Shown one piece after another: positions 12,361 to 31,039 of a stretch of DNA of 64,000 nt. Under the pieces are notes generated by a model. That model saw nothing but the letters and a program-made list of their open reading frames with translations, was not told the DNA's origin and made no database searches. The DNA comes from Escherichia coli (GTDB lineage Bacteria > Pseudomonadota > Gammaproteobacteria > Enterobacterales > Enterobacteriaceae). The DNA lies in NCBI RefSeq assembly GCF_002854065.1, contig NZ_CP024147.1; one strand, given 5' to 3'. Each line of letters begins with the position of its first letter. Within the stretch, counting starts at the first letter, position 1. The translations under genes and the position numbers were made by a program.

Positions 12361-13662
12361 ATGAAAAAACTGTTTATCCAGTTTTACCTGTTATTGTTTG
12401 TCTGCTTCCTTGTGATGTCTCTGCTGGTTGGGCTGGTGTACAAATTTACCGCCGAACGCGCGGGCAAACAGTCGCTGGATGATTTGATGAACAGTTCGCT
12501 GTATCTGATGCGCAGCGAATTGCGTGAGATCCCCCCACACGACTGGGGTAAGACGCTGAAAGAGATGGATTTAAATCTCTCTTTCGATCTGCGTGTCGAG
12601 CCACTGAGTAAATACCATCTTGATGATATTTCCATGCACCGACTGCGTGGCGGCGAAATTGTCGCCCTGGACGATCAGTACACGTTTTTGCAGCGTATCC
12701 CGCGCAGCCACTACGTGCTGGCAGTTGGTCCTGTTCCTTATCTTTATTATCTCCATCAGATGCGATTGCTGGATATCGCCCTGATCGCTTTTATTGCTAT
12801 TTCCCTCGCCTTTCCGGTGTTTATCTGGATGCGTCCGCACTGGCAGGATATGTTAAAACTGGAAGCAGCGGCGCAACGATTTGGCGATGGGCATCTCAAT
12901 GAACGTATCCACTTTGATGAGGGTTCGAGCTTTGAACGACTTGGTATCGCATTTAACCAGATGGCGGACAATATCAACGCCTTGATTGCCAGCAAAAAAC
13001 AGCTTATTGACGGTATCGCTCACGAACTGCGAACACCGTTAGTGCGCCTGCGTTATCGACTGGAGATGAGCGATAACCTGAGCGCCGCCGAATCCCAGGC
13101 GTTGAATCGTGATATCAGTCAACTTGAAGCTTTAATTGAAGAGCTGCTGACTTATGCCCGACTCGATCGCCCACAAAACGAGCTTCATCTTAGCGAACCA
13201 GACCTGCCGTTGTGGCTATCAACGCATCTGGCAGATATTCAGGCAGTAACGCCCGATAAAACGGTACGGATAAAAACGCTCATGCAAGGCCATTATGCGG
13301 CGTTGGATATGCGCTTAATGGAGCGCGTGCTGGATAATTTGCTCAATAACGCCCTGCGCTACTGCCATTCAACGGTTGAAACCAGCCTGCTACTGTCGGG
13401 GAATAGAGCGACATTAATTGTTGAGGATGATGGCCCAGGGATTGCCCCAGAAAACCGCGAACATATCTTTGAACCTTTTGTTCGCCTCGATCCCAGCCGG
13501 GATCGCTCAACCGGCGGCTGCGGGCTGGGGCTGGCAATTGTCCACTCTATAGCACTGGCAATGGGCGGTACGGTTAATTGTGACACCAGCGAACTGGGTG
13601 GTGCCCGCTTCTCGTTTAGCTGGCCGTTATGGCATAACATCCCGCAATTTACCTCTGCTTGA
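12361..13662 (+). CDS. rstB: Two-component sensor histidine kinase
   Basis: 433 aa; two transmembrane segments, HAMP, H-box (HELRTP) and ATPase motifs; immediately downstream of rstA. Confidence 0.9.
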   Translation: MKKLFIQFYLLLFVCFLVMSLLVGLVYKFTAERAGKQSLDDLMNSSLYLMRSELREIPPHDWGKTLKEMDLNLSFDLRVEPLSKYHLDDISMHRLRGGEIVALDDQYTFLQRIPRSHYVLAVGPVPYLYYLHQMRLLDIALIAFIAISLAFPVFIWMRPHWQDMLKLEAAAQRFGDGHLNERIHFDEGSSFERLGIAFNQMADNINALIASKKQLIDGIAHELRTPLVRLRYRLEMSDNLSAAESQALNRDISQLEALIEELLTYARLDRPQNELHLSEPDLPLWLSTHLADIQAVTPDKTVRIKTLMQGHYAALDMRLMERVLDNLLNNALRYCHSTVETSLLLSGNRATLIVEDDGPGIAPENREHIFEPFVRLDPSRDRSTGGCGLGLAIVHSIALAMGGTVNCDTSELGGARFSFSWPLWHNIPQFTSA

Positions 13663-13704
13663 CACTACGCGCACGGTGGTCAAGTCACCACCACTGTGCT
13701 ATAA

Positions 13705-16067
<2,363 letters not shown>

Positions 16068-16180
16068 GGCCTGCTCCTCACCTGATTAATTTTTTCTTTC
16101 TGCTTTGCTTTCGTTAAGCAACTTTTAGCTCACTCATTATTTACCATTTGATAACAAATGTTTGGTCTTTCGTGCCATAT

Positions 16181-16202
16181 AAAAAAAACGCCCCGAAGGG
16201 CG
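16181..16202 (-). terminator. Rho-independent terminator downstream of fumA (reads on minus strand)
   Basis: Hairpin CGCCC / GGGCG with loop CGAA; the plus-strand A8 run gives a U-tract on the minus strand directly after the stem. Confidence 0.55.
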
Positions 16203-16209
16203 GCTCTGT

Positions 16210-17856
16210 TTATTTCACACAGCGGGTGCATTGTGTGAGTTGTATCTGCTGGAAGAAGTCATTTCCTTTATCATCCACAAGGATAAACGCCGGGAAATCT
16301 TCCACTTCAATTTTCCAGATGGCTTCCATTCCCAGTTCCGGATATTCAACACATTCCAGGCTCTTAATACTTCCCTGCGCCAATACAGCGGCCGGACCAC
16401 CGATACTGCCAAGGTAGAAGCCGCCGTGTTTTTTACAGGCATCCGTCACCTGCTGGCTGCGGTTGCCTTTCGCCAGCATGATCATACTTCCGCCCTGCGC
16501 TTGCAGTTGATCGACATAAGAATCCATCCGTCCGGCGGTCGTTGGGCCAAGAGAACCGGAGGCATAACCTTCCGGCGTTTTGGCCGGACCCGCGTAGTAA
16601 ATCGGATGATCTTTAATGTACTGCGGCAGCCCTTCACCGTTATCCATCCGCTCTTTCAGTTTGGCGTGAGCAATATCACGACCGACGATAATCGTGCCGT
16701 TAAGCGATAAGCGTGTAGAAACGGGATACTGCGACAACTGTGCGAGGATCTCTTTCATCGGACGGTTAAGGTCAACGCGCACCGCTTCGCCTTCTCCCGC
16801 TTTGCGCAGCTCTTCCGGGATATATTTGCCTGGATTATGTTCCAGTTTTTCGATCCAGATCCCCTGACGGTTGATCTTCGCTTTGATATTACGGTCAGCA
16901 GAGCAGGAGACGCCCATACCGACCGGGCAGGATGCGCCGTGACGTGGCAGGCGAATCACGCGGATGTCGTGAGCGAAGTATTTACCACCAAACTGCGCAC
17001 CCAGACCAAGATTTTGCGCTTCGATCAGCAATTCTTTTTCCAGTTCCACATCGCGGAACGCCTGACCGTGCTCATTCCCTTCCGTTGGCAGTTCATCATA
17101 GTATTTCGCGGAAGCCAGTTTCACCGTTTTAAGGTTCGTTTCTGCAGAAGTTCCACCAATAACGAACGCAATATGATACGGAGGACAGGCCGCCGTACCC
17201 AGCGTGCGCATCTTCTCAACCAGGTAATTTTTCAGTTTCCCCGGCGTCAGTAACGCTTTGGTTTCCTGATAGAGATACGTCTTGTTTGCCGAACCACCAC
17301 CTTTGGCGATACAGAGGAATTTGTATTCGTCGCCATCAACGGCATAAAGATCGATCTGCGCTGGCAGATTGGTGCCGGTATTCACTTCTTTATACATATC
17401 CAGCGGCGCGTTTTGCGAGTAGCGCAGATTATCTTCGATATAAGTGTTATAGACACCGCGCGCCAGCGCCGCTTCATCACCACCACCGGTCCATACACGC
17501 TGCCCTTTTTTACCAACAATAATCGCGGTGCCGGTATCCTGACAGGTTGGCAGAACGCCTTTCGCCGCGATGTCGGAGTTACGCAGGAATTGCAGCGCCA
17601 CATATTTATCATTTTCGCTGGCCTCCGGGTCACGCAGAATGTCGGCCACCTGTTGTTGGTGAGCCGGACGCAGCATAAACGACGCATCATGAAACGCCTG
17701 ACGCGCCAACAGAGTTAACGCTTCGGGTGCGACTTTCAAAATCTCCTGCCCTTCAAATTCAGATACGCTAACGTGTTCGCTGGTTAGCAGGTAATACTCA
17801 GTATCATCTTTTTTGAGTGGAAAAGGAGCCTGATAATGAAAGGGTTTGTTTGACAT
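16210..17856 (-). CDS. fumA: Fumarate hydratase class I (Fe-S dependent, aerobic)
   Basis: 548 aa; class I fumarase family; sits upstream of fumC on the same strand. Confidence 0.95.
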   Translation of the reverse strand: MSNKPFHYQAPFPLKKDDTEYYLLTSEHVSVSEFEGQEILKVAPEALTLLARQAFHDASFMLRPAHQQQVADILRDPEASENDKYVALQFLRNSDIAAKGVLPTCQDTGTAIIVGKKGQRVWTGGGDEAALARGVYNTYIEDNLRYSQNAPLDMYKEVNTGTNLPAQIDLYAVDGDEYKFLCIAKGGGSANKTYLYQETKALLTPGKLKNYLVEKMRTLGTAACPPYHIAFVIGGTSAETNLKTVKLASAKYYDELPTEGNEHGQAFRDVELEKELLIEAQNLGLGAQFGGKYFAHDIRVIRLPRHGASCPVGMGVSCSADRNIKAKINRQGIWIEKLEHNPGKYIPEELRKAGEGEAVRVDLNRPMKEILAQLSQYPVSTRLSLNGTIIVGRDIAHAKLKERMDNGEGLPQYIKDHPIYYAGPAKTPEGYASGSLGPTTAGRMDSYVDQLQAQGGSMIMLAKGNRSQQVTDACKKHGGFYLGSIGGPAAVLAQGSIKSLECVEYPELGMEAIWKIEVEDFPAFILVDDKGNDFFQQIQLTQCTRCVK

Positions 17857-18054
17857 TGTTCTCTCACTTACTGCCTGGTTTGGTTATGCTCTGGGCGGGT
17901 GTTCCGTTGCCCTGTTAAAAGCGAGTAACAATATCCTACACACTTTTTTAACAAAAACTGAGACTAGTACGACTTTTTGCGGCTCCAGGTTACTTCCCGT
18001 AGGATTCTTGCTTTAATAGCGGGATTAATTTCCACATTAAAACAGGGATTGATC

Positions 18055-19230
18055 ATGCAAAAACTCATTAACTCAGTGCAAAACTATGCCTGGGGCAGCA
18101 AAACGGCGTTGACTGAACTTTATGGTATGGATAATCCGTCCAGCCAGCCGATGGCCGAGCTGTGGATGGGCGCACATCCGAAAAGCAGTTCACGAGTGCA
18201 GAATGCCGCCGGAGATATCGTTTCACTGCGTGATGTGATTGAGAGTGATAAATCGACTCTGCTCGGAGAGGCCGTTGCCAAACGCTTTGGCGAACTGCCT
18301 TTCCTGTTCAAAGTATTATGCGCAGCACAGCCACTCTCCATTCAGGTTCATCCAAACAAACACAATTCTGAAATCGGTTTTGCCAAAGAAAATGCCGCAG
18401 GTATCCCGATGGATGCCGCCGAGCGTAACTATAAAGATCCTAACCACAAGCCGGAGCTGGTTTTTGCGCTGACGCCTTTCCTTGCGATGAACGCGTTTCG
18501 TGAATTTTCCGAGATTGTCTCCCTACTCCAGCCAGTCGCAGGTGCACATCCGGCAATTGCTCACTTTTTACAACAGCCACATGCCGAACGTTTAAGCGAA
18601 CTGTTCGCCAGCCTGTTGAATATGCAGGGTGAAGAAAAATCCCGCGCGCTGGCGATTTTAAAATCGGCGCTCGACAGTCAGCAGGGTGAACCGTGGCAAA
18701 CGATTCGTTTAATTTCTGAATTTTACCCGGATGACAGCGGCCTGTTCTCTCCGCTGTTGCTGAATGTGGTGAAATTGAATCCTGGCGAAGCGATGTTCCT
18801 GTTCGCTGAAACACCGCACGCTTACCTGCAAGGCGTGGCGCTGGAAGTGATGGCAAACTCCGATAACGTGCTGCGTGCGGGTCTGACGCCTAAATACATT
18901 GATATTCCGGAACTGGTTGCCAATGTGAAGTTCGAAGCCAAACCGGCTAACCAGTTGTTGACCCAGCCGGTGAAACAAGGTGCAGAACTGGACTTCCCGA
19001 TTCCTGTTGATGATTTTGCCTTCTCGCTGCATGACCTTAGTGATAAAGAAACCACCATTAGCCAGCAGAGTGCCGCCATTTTGTTCTGTGTCGAAGGCGA
19101 TGCAACGCTGTGTAAAGGTTCTCAGCAGTTACAGCTTAAACCGGGTGAATCAGCGTTTATTGCCGCCAACGAATCACCGGTGACTGTTAAAGGCCACGGC
19201 CGTTTAGCGCGTGTTTACAACAAGCTGTAA
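18055..19230 (+). CDS. manA: Mannose-6-phosphate isomerase
   Basis: ORF-track frame 17977..19230; start moved to the ATG at 18055 (MQKLINSVQNYAWGSK), giving 391 aa. Confidence 0.95.
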   Translation: MQKLINSVQNYAWGSKTALTELYGMDNPSSQPMAELWMGAHPKSSSRVQNAAGDIVSLRDVIESDKSTLLGEAVAKRFGELPFLFKVLCAAQPLSIQVHPNKHNSEIGFAKENAAGIPMDAAERNYKDPNHKPELVFALTPFLAMNAFREFSEIVSLLQPVAGAHPAIAHFLQQPHAERLSELFASLLNMQGEEKSRALAILKSALDSQQGEPWQTIRLISEFYPDDSGLFSPLLLNVVKLNPGEAMFLFAETPHAYLQGVALEVMANSDNVLRAGLTPKYIDIPELVANVKFEAKPANQLLTQPVKQGAELDFPIPVDDFAFSLHDLSDKETTISQQSAAILFCVEGDATLCKGSQQLQLKPGESAFIAANESPVTVKGHGRLARVYNKL

Positions 19231-19330
19231 GAGCTTACTGAAAAAATTAACATCTCTTGCTAAGCTTATTAAAGGCTTATAACACCTTCAGGCGGCCAGT
19301 CCGCCTGATTTCATTTTATGGATAATCATT

Positions 19331-20839
19331 ATGAATAAATCGCTGGTAGCGGTAGGCGTCATTGTTGCGCTAGGCGTAGTCTGGACAGGCGGCGCATGGT
19401 ATACAGGCAAGAAGATTGAAACCCATCTCGAAGACATGGTCGCGCAGGCGAACGCGCAACTCAAACTGACCGCTCCTGAATCCAACCTGGAAGTGAGTTA
19501 TCAAAACTATCATCGCGGCGTATTCAGCAGTCAGCTGCAACTGTTGGTGAAACCCATTGCCGGGAAAGAAAATCCGTGGATTAAAAGCGGTCAGAGCGTC
19601 ATCTTCAACGAATCGGTTGATCATGGTCCCTTCCCCCTTGCCCAGCTTAAAAAACTGAACCTGATCCCATCGATGGCATCAATTCAAACCACGCTGGTCA
19701 ATAACGAAGTAAGCAAACCACTGTTTGATATGGCAAAAGGTGAAACGCCTTTTGAGATTAACTCCCGCATTGGTTACAGCGGTGATTCCAGTTCCGATAT
19801 TTCGCTCAATCCGCTGAATTACGAGCAAAAGGATGAAAAAGTCGCCTTTAGCGGCGGCGAGTTCCAGTTAAATGCGGACAGAGACGGCAAAGCTATCTCC
19901 CTTTCCGGGGAGGCGCAAAGTGGTCGGATAGACGCAGTTAACGAATACAACCAGAAAGTGCAGTTGACCTTTAATAATCTGAAAACTGACGGTTCCAGCA
20001 CGCTGGCAAGTTTTGGTGAGCGCGTAGGAAACCAAAAACTGTCACTGGAAAAAATGACCATTTCAGTGGAAGGCAAAGAACTGGCACTGCTGGAAGGCAT
20101 GGAGATCAGCGGTAAATCGGATCTGGTCAATGACGGTAAAACGATCAATAGCCAACTGGATTACTCGCTAAACAGCCTGAAGGTACAGAATCAGGATCTG
20201 GGCAGCGGCAAGCTGACTTTAAAAGTCGGCCAAATTGATGGCGAAGCCTGGCATCAGTTTAGCCAGCAATATAACGCGCAAACTCAGGCGCTGCTGGCAC
20301 AGCCAGAAATTGCCAACAATCCCGAACTTTATCAGGAGAAAGTGACGGAAGCCTTCTTTAGCGCCCTGCCGCTGATGTTGAAAGGCGATCCGGTGATTAC
20401 TATCGCGCCACTAAGCTGGAAAAACAGTCAGGGTGAAAGTGCACTGAATCTGTCGCTGTTCCTGAAAGATCCGGCAACGACTAAAGAAGCGCCGCAAACG
20501 CTGGCGCAGGAAGTAGATCGTTCGGTTAAATCTCTGGATGCGAAACTGACCATTCCGGTGGATATGGCAACTGAGTTGATGACTCAGGTAGCGAAGCTGG
20601 AAGGTTATCAGGAAGATCAAGCGAAAAAACTGGCGAAACAGCAAGTTGAAGGTGCATCAGCAATGGGGCAGATGTTCCGTCTGACCACCTTGCAGGACAA
20701 TACCATCACCACCAGCCTGCAATATGCTAACGGTCAGATAACGTTAAATGGGCAGAAAATGCCACTGGAAGATTTCGTTGGTATGTTTGCAATGCCGGCA
20801 TTAAACGTTCCGGTCGTACCCGCTATTCCGCAGCAGTAA
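19331..20839 (+). CDS. ydgA: DUF945-family protein with N-terminal membrane anchor or signal peptide
   Basis: 502 aa; hydrophobic N-terminus then hydrophilic body; matches ydgA. Confidence 0.9.
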   Translation: MNKSLVAVGVIVALGVVWTGGAWYTGKKIETHLEDMVAQANAQLKLTAPESNLEVSYQNYHRGVFSSQLQLLVKPIAGKENPWIKSGQSVIFNESVDHGPFPLAQLKKLNLIPSMASIQTTLVNNEVSKPLFDMAKGETPFEINSRIGYSGDSSSDISLNPLNYEQKDEKVAFSGGEFQLNADRDGKAISLSGEAQSGRIDAVNEYNQKVQLTFNNLKTDGSSTLASFGERVGNQKLSLEKMTISVEGKELALLEGMEISGKSDLVNDGKTINSQLDYSLNSLKVQNQDLGSGKLTLKVGQIDGEAWHQFSQQYNAQTQALLAQPEIANNPELYQEKVTEAFFSALPLMLKGDPVITIAPLSWKNSQGESALNLSLFLKDPATTKEAPQTLAQEVDRSVKSLDAKLTIPVDMATELMTQVAKLEGYQEDQAKKLAKQQVEGASAMGQMFRLTTLQDNTITTSLQYANGQITLNGQKMPLEDFVGMFAMPALNVPVVPAIPQQ

Positions 20840-20850
20840 TTCACAGCCAA

Positions 20851-20878
20851 AACGCCGGAGGTTTTTCTCTCCGGCGTT
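20851..20878. terminator. Bidirectional terminator between convergent ydgA and uidC
   Basis: Stem AACGCCGGAG / CTCCGGCGTT with T-rich loop, followed by ATTTCTTACTT. Confidence 0.55.
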
Positions 20879-20883
20879 ATTTC

Positions 20884-22149
20884 TTACTTCAGCATAAAGT
20901 CATACTGAATACTCATTTTCACATCCCAGTAATTCAGGCGATCGCCCAGCACACTGCCATCGCGCTTTTCCCCCCCTTTATCGGCAGCAAGAAAGAAATT
21001 CATCCCTTGTAACGGCCCTTCGCTGACCCGATAGTTCATACCACCTAAGATACCCGCGCCTTCAATCCGCACATCTCGTTTACTGGATTCATAGCCGCGA
21101 GTCACAATCGGTGCAAATGTCAGTGTAAATTGCGGCGTTAAACGATAGTTGACGCCCAATTGCCAGGACTGCATTCCTTCACGGTTACGATAAAGACTTA
21201 ATGAAAAGGGATAGCCAATGTCGGTATCCACCACGGCACCATTCATTGCATGGCGCAAATAACCACCACTGCCAAATACGCTTCCCCACGGCGCATTCCA
21301 GGTCAATTGTCCACTAACCAACGCCGTTTCATTGGGCTGACTGGTATTACGACTTAAACCTTCGAGCTGCGCGTAAAAGCCGAGCAACTCCCCTTTCAAC
21401 GTATAATTCGGGTCGAGCGGTATGCTTTTCTCGAGAATACTTTGTATCTGATTGGAAACATCTTTCTGTACCGATGCCCCCAGAGAATAGCGACTGGTAT
21501 CATCATGCCAACTGGCGGCTAAAAAAGAACGTGCGCGATGTTTATCGTATTTTCCCGTCTGGCTGTTATAAACCCCTTCATCACGAATACCGGTTGTTGA
21601 ATCGGTCCATAAAAATACTCGTGAACGCCACATTCCCCACAGATCAATATTTGGCGTTAACGCCCAATAACCTAATGCTCCTTCAGAAACTGTCGGTAAT
21701 GTACGTTGCGAACTGCCAGCCATTAACGGAATACGATAAGGTAAGCTACCATAACTATAATCCGTCCCGAAGCGACCTAATTTAAGCTGGCTATTTTCAC
21801 TGGGTTTTATTTTTACTGCCCCCAGGGCAAAGCCAAAACTTTTATCACCATCAAGATACCACCGGGTACTCATATCAGCACGAGCACCTAATTTATAAAC
21901 ATAATACGCTCCGCCTTCAACGCCAATAATATTGGAATAATAACCACTATTGAAATCGAGCAATCCTCCCTGTACCCATGCGTAAATATCTCTTCCCGCG
22001 CCAGCACTGGGCTTATCCGCCCTGCGCAATTCGTTTTTCAGTCTGATGCGTAGTCCCGCTTCATCGTCAGCCAGTTGCGCCGCGTAAGCAGAGGTAAGGC
22101 CAGAGGCAGCCGTCAGGCAAATAACGGCCATGGCCACTATTTTTCTCAT
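20884..22149 (-). CDS. uidC: Outer-membrane beta-barrel protein of the glucuronide utilisation operon
   Basis: 421 aa with signal peptide and terminal aromatic residue pattern typical of porins; now separated from uidB/uidA by IS1. Confidence 0.9.
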   Translation of the reverse strand: MRKIVAMAVICLTAASGLTSAYAAQLADDEAGLRIRLKNELRRADKPSAGAGRDIYAWVQGGLLDFNSGYYSNIIGVEGGAYYVYKLGARADMSTRWYLDGDKSFGFALGAVKIKPSENSQLKLGRFGTDYSYGSLPYRIPLMAGSSQRTLPTVSEGALGYWALTPNIDLWGMWRSRVFLWTDSTTGIRDEGVYNSQTGKYDKHRARSFLAASWHDDTSRYSLGASVQKDVSNQIQSILEKSIPLDPNYTLKGELLGFYAQLEGLSRNTSQPNETALVSGQLTWNAPWGSVFGSGGYLRHAMNGAVVDTDIGYPFSLSLYRNREGMQSWQLGVNYRLTPQFTLTFAPIVTRGYESSKRDVRIEGAGILGGMNYRVSEGPLQGMNFFLAADKGGEKRDGSVLGDRLNYWDVKMSIQYDFMLK

Positions 22150-22187
22150 AGTTGCACCTTTGATGTTCTGATTATTTTTATTGAATA

Positions 22188-22323
22188 TTAATTAGTGATA
22201 TCGCTGATTAATTGCTGCTGCACTTTTTTACGATTATCAATTTCAACCACGATTTCTTTGAATTTTTTATCCGTGAGCGGATAAAACCAGATAATGACGA
22301 ATGCCAGTAACATAAATCCGCAA
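22188..22323 (-). pseudogene. uidB: 3' fragment of uidB (last 42 codons plus stop), detached by the IS1 insertion
   Basis: Hand translation of the minus strand across the target duplication continues the uidB frame ([42 protein letters not shown], then stop at 22188..22190); 415 + 42 = 457 codons. Confidence 0.8.
22315..22323. repeat. IS1 target-site duplication, copy 1 (AATCCGCAA)
   Basis: 9-bp sequence immediately flanking the IS1 end, identical to 23092..23100. Confidence 0.9.
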
Positions 22324-22338
22324 GGTAATGACTCCAAC

Positions 22339-22842
22339 TTATTGATAGTGTTTTATGTTCAGATAATGCCCGATGACTTTGTCATGCAGCTCCACCGATT
22401 TTGAGAACGACAGCGACTTCCGTCCCAGCCGTGCCAGGTGCTGCCTCAGATTCAGGTTATGCCGCTCAATTCGCTGCGTATATCGCTTGCTGATTACGTG
22501 CAGCTTTCCCTTCAGGCGGGATTCATACAGCGGCCAGCCATCCGTCATCCATATCACCACGTCAAAGGGTGACAGCAGGCTCATAAGACGCCCCAGCGTC
22601 GCCATAGTGCGTTCACCGAATACGTGCGCAACAACCGTCTTCCGGAGCCTGTCATACGCGTAAAACAGCCAGCGCTGGCGCGATTTAGCCCCGACGTATC
22701 CCCACTGTTCGTCCATTTCCGCGCAGACGATGACGTCACTGCCCGGCTGTATGCGCGAGGTTACCGACTGCGGCCTGAGTTTTTTAAATGGCGGAAAATC
22801 GTGTTGAGGCCAACGCCCATAATGCGGGCGGTTGCCCGGCAT
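22339..22842 (-). CDS. insB: IS1 transposase InsB (expressed as InsAB' fusion by -1 frameshift)
   Basis: 167-aa ORF with the canonical IS1 InsB sequence as I recognise it. Confidence 0.9.
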   Translation of the reverse strand: MPGNRPHYGRWPQHDFPPFKKLRPQSVTSRIQPGSDVIVCAEMDEQWGYVGAKSRQRWLFYAYDRLRKTVVAHVFGERTMATLGRLMSLLSPFDVVIWMTDGWPLYESRLKGKLHVISKRYTQRIERHNLNLRQHLARLGRKSLSFSKSVELHDKVIGHYLNIKHYQ

Positions 22843-23036
22843 CCAACGCCATTCATGGCCATATCAATGATTTTCTGGTGCGTACCGGGTTGAGAAGCGG
22901 TGTAAGTGAACTGCAGTTGCCATGTTTTACGGCAGTGAGAGCAGAGATAGCGCTGATGTCCGGCAGTGCTTTTGCCGTTACGCACCACCCCGTCAGTAGC
23001 TGAACAGGAGGGACAGCTGATAGAAACAGAAGCCAC
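22761..23036 (-). CDS. insA: IS1 repressor/transposition inhibitor InsA
   Basis: 91 aa with zinc-finger-like CxxC...CxxC N-terminus; overlaps insB across the A6C slippery site. Confidence 0.9.
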   Translation of the reverse strand: MASVSISCPSCSATDGVVRNGKSTAGHQRYLCSHCRKTWQLQFTYTASQPGTHQKIIDMAMNGVGCRATARIMGVGLNTIFRHLKNSGRSR

Positions 23037-23091
23037 TGGAGCACCTCAAAAACACCATCATACACTAAATCAGTAAGTTGGCAGCATCACC

Positions 23092-26208
<3,117 letters not shown>

Positions 26209-26536
26209 TGTGTTGCACACAGTTATCTGTGAGAAACCCATGGAAGAGAAATGGAAATAAAAAGAACTGACACCGCGATCAAAAAACCAAAAACTGCAAT
26301 ACCCACAGCGTGATATAGATCGCATTAATCTTTAAAACAGCGTTGACAGAAGCCATAAAACAAGCAATCGAACGTTCGTTCTATCGTATTGGGAACGATA
26401 AACTCTCATGACATATGGCTACGGTGAATATTTTAGGGAGGAATTCCCCGCTCCGGCGAGATTGTATTTTGTACAGGGAAATTAAAGTATGAAACGCGGG
26501 CTCAGTTGTCACCAGCCCGCGGAAAGAGAGAGAGAA

Positions 26537-27127
26537 TCAGGATGCGGTTAAGATACCGCCAATCATCGCGCGTAATCCCTGAGCAAACGACACTTCACGC
26601 GCCAGGTCTTCCGCTTCGATATCGGCCAGTACACCGTAGGTCAGATCCAGCAGTAAACGTGAAGTCATTGCCGTGTTGATGTCTGGGCTTATCTCGCCTT
26701 TTTGCTGGGCATCACGCATCCGCTGAGCAACAAATTCAGTGATCGTCATATGCTTATTTTTAAGCATGGCGGCGACCTGTGGGTTACGCATCCCTTCCGC
26801 CATAATTTCGACCACCAGCGCCCGTTGCCCAAAGGCTTCATGGGTGAGAGAGACAATAGACTCGACCATATAGTCAACAAAATGAATCCCTTCAATCGGT
26901 TCCCGGAAACGAGCCAGCGCCCTCTCCTGATCCTGTAAGATAATCGCCTGAATCAAGGCTTCTTTGGAGATGAAATGGTGATAGAGCGTCCCGGGACTAA
27001 TGGCGCAAGATTTACAGATGGCTTTCATCGAGGCACTGTGAAATCCATTTTCTGAAAAAATCTCTCTGGCAGCATTGAGGATCCGGGTCCGTGTCGGTTG
27101 TGCTTCAGTCTGCATGTTATCCATCAT
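26537..27127 (-). CDS. uidR: TetR-family transcriptional repressor of the glucuronide operon
   Basis: 196 aa; N-terminal helix-turn-helix of TetR type; located upstream of uidA. Confidence 0.9.
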   Translation of the reverse strand: MMDNMQTEAQPTRTRILNAAREIFSENGFHSASMKAICKSCAISPGTLYHHFISKEALIQAIILQDQERALARFREPIEGIHFVDYMVESIVSLTHEAFGQRALVVEIMAEGMRNPQVAAMLKNKHMTITEFVAQRMRDAQQKGEISPDINTAMTSRLLLDLTYGVLADIEAEDLAREVSFAQGLRAMIGGILTAS

Positions 27128-27237
27128 TAAACCATTATAGTTAGCGTGAATAACTAGTTTACCGCGTTGTCAGGTGAGCGCCTATCATTGCTGTTGAATA
27201 GTGCGAAGGCACACTCTATTCGTATGCTTTTCATCCA

Positions 27238-27257
27238 GCTATTGGTTAACCAATAGC
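27238..27257. promoter_or_regulatory. Perfect 20-bp palindrome GCTATTGGTTAACCAATAGC upstream of uidR (candidate operator)
   Basis: Exact dyad symmetry read from sequence; TGGT..ACCA arms resemble GntR-family (UxuR/ExuR-type) operators. Which regulator binds it is inferred. Confidence 0.4.
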
Positions 27258-27355
27258 CGTGATTTGGCTGCCAGTTGTTTAGCAGAGACGTTGATGAATT
27301 GCACACGCTATCCCGGTAAACAACACATACGGCTGTTTACCGGTTCGTTAGTGTA

Positions 27356-28123
27356 TTAATTGAGCTCTTGTACCCCACCACCGGAGACGGTGAGAATTTG
27401 TCCGCTTACCCAGCTGGCTGCAGGCGAGCAAAGGAACAGCGCTGCGTTAGCAATATCTTGCGGTTGGCCCAGACGTCTGATCGGCGTGTGCTGTAACATT
27501 TTTTGTTCAATTTCTGGTGTAATAACGGATTTCAGGGCATCGGTTAATATTGCCCCCGGCGCAATGCCATTTACCCGAATATTTTTTTCACCCAGGTCAA
27601 ACGCCATATTTCTGACCAGATGACTGGCCGCAGCTTTAGATGATGCATAGGAAGTCATGTTTATATTTTTATTTTCTGCCGCCATAGAAGTGATGGTCAG
27701 AATAACGCCACCGCCATTTTTTTCCATTTCTGGCGCAACAAGTTGTGACAGATGGAAAAAAGAAAACACATTCAGTTCATAAGCACGGCGAAAATCCGCC
27801 ATTGGCATATCAAACGGTTTAGGTCCACCGCCACCGGCGTTGTTAACCAGAATATCAACTTTACCCAGCTTACTGATAGCAAAGTCTGCCAGTGCAGAGA
27901 GTTCCTGTTCGGAAGTAATATCACAACGGCAGGCAAATGCCTGACCACCCAGTTGTTGAATTTCGTCTACAACATGGTTAGCTGCGTCGGCGTTAATATC
28001 ACTGACCACCACAGATGCGCCAGCTGTCGCGAATGTAATGGCGATTTCTTTACCAATACCTGCACCCGCACCTGTGATGATGGCGCATTTTCCGTCGAGT
28101 CTCAGGTTGTCAGAATTAAACAC
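27356..28123 (-). CDS. hdhA: 7-alpha-hydroxysteroid dehydrogenase (SDR family)
   Basis: 255 aa; TGAGAGIG cofactor motif and SDR catalytic YxxxK (YASSK) present. Confidence 0.9.
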   Translation of the reverse strand: MFNSDNLRLDGKCAIITGAGAGIGKEIAITFATAGASVVVSDINADAANHVVDEIQQLGGQAFACRCDITSEQELSALADFAISKLGKVDILVNNAGGGGPKPFDMPMADFRRAYELNVFSFFHLSQLVAPEMEKNGGGVILTITSMAAENKNINMTSYASSKAAASHLVRNMAFDLGEKNIRVNGIAPGAILTDALKSVITPEIEQKMLQHTPIRRLGQPQDIANAALFLCSPAASWVSGQILTVSGGGVQELN

Positions 28124-28156
28124 ATAAACCTCCTGTGAACTTCAGTAAAAATAAAA

Positions 28157-28173
28157 GGCACCGCCTGTGTGCC
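28157..28173. terminator. Short hairpin flanked by A/T runs between hdhA start and malI stop; candidate malI terminator
   Basis: GGCAC / GTGCC stem with T-rich flank on both strands; stem is only 5 bp. Confidence 0.35.
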
Positions 28174-28234
28174 ACATTTTTTATCATTAACCTTGAGGAA
28201 AGGACACTACCAGGTATAGCAGATAAAGAGAGGA

Positions 28235-31030
<2,796 letters not shown>

Positions 31031-31039
31031 GGATAAGAT

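Larger units (their letters stand above)
22324..23091 (-). mobile_element. Insertion sequence IS1 (768 bp, complete)
   Basis: Ends GGTAATGACTCCAACTTATTGATAGTG and GGTGATGCTGCCAACTTACTGATTTAGTG (reverse complement at 23063..23091) form imperfect terminal inverted repeats; carries insA (91 aa) and insB (167 aa) with the A6C frameshift motif at 22779..22785 (complement); flanked by a 9-bp direct repeat. Confidence 0.95.
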
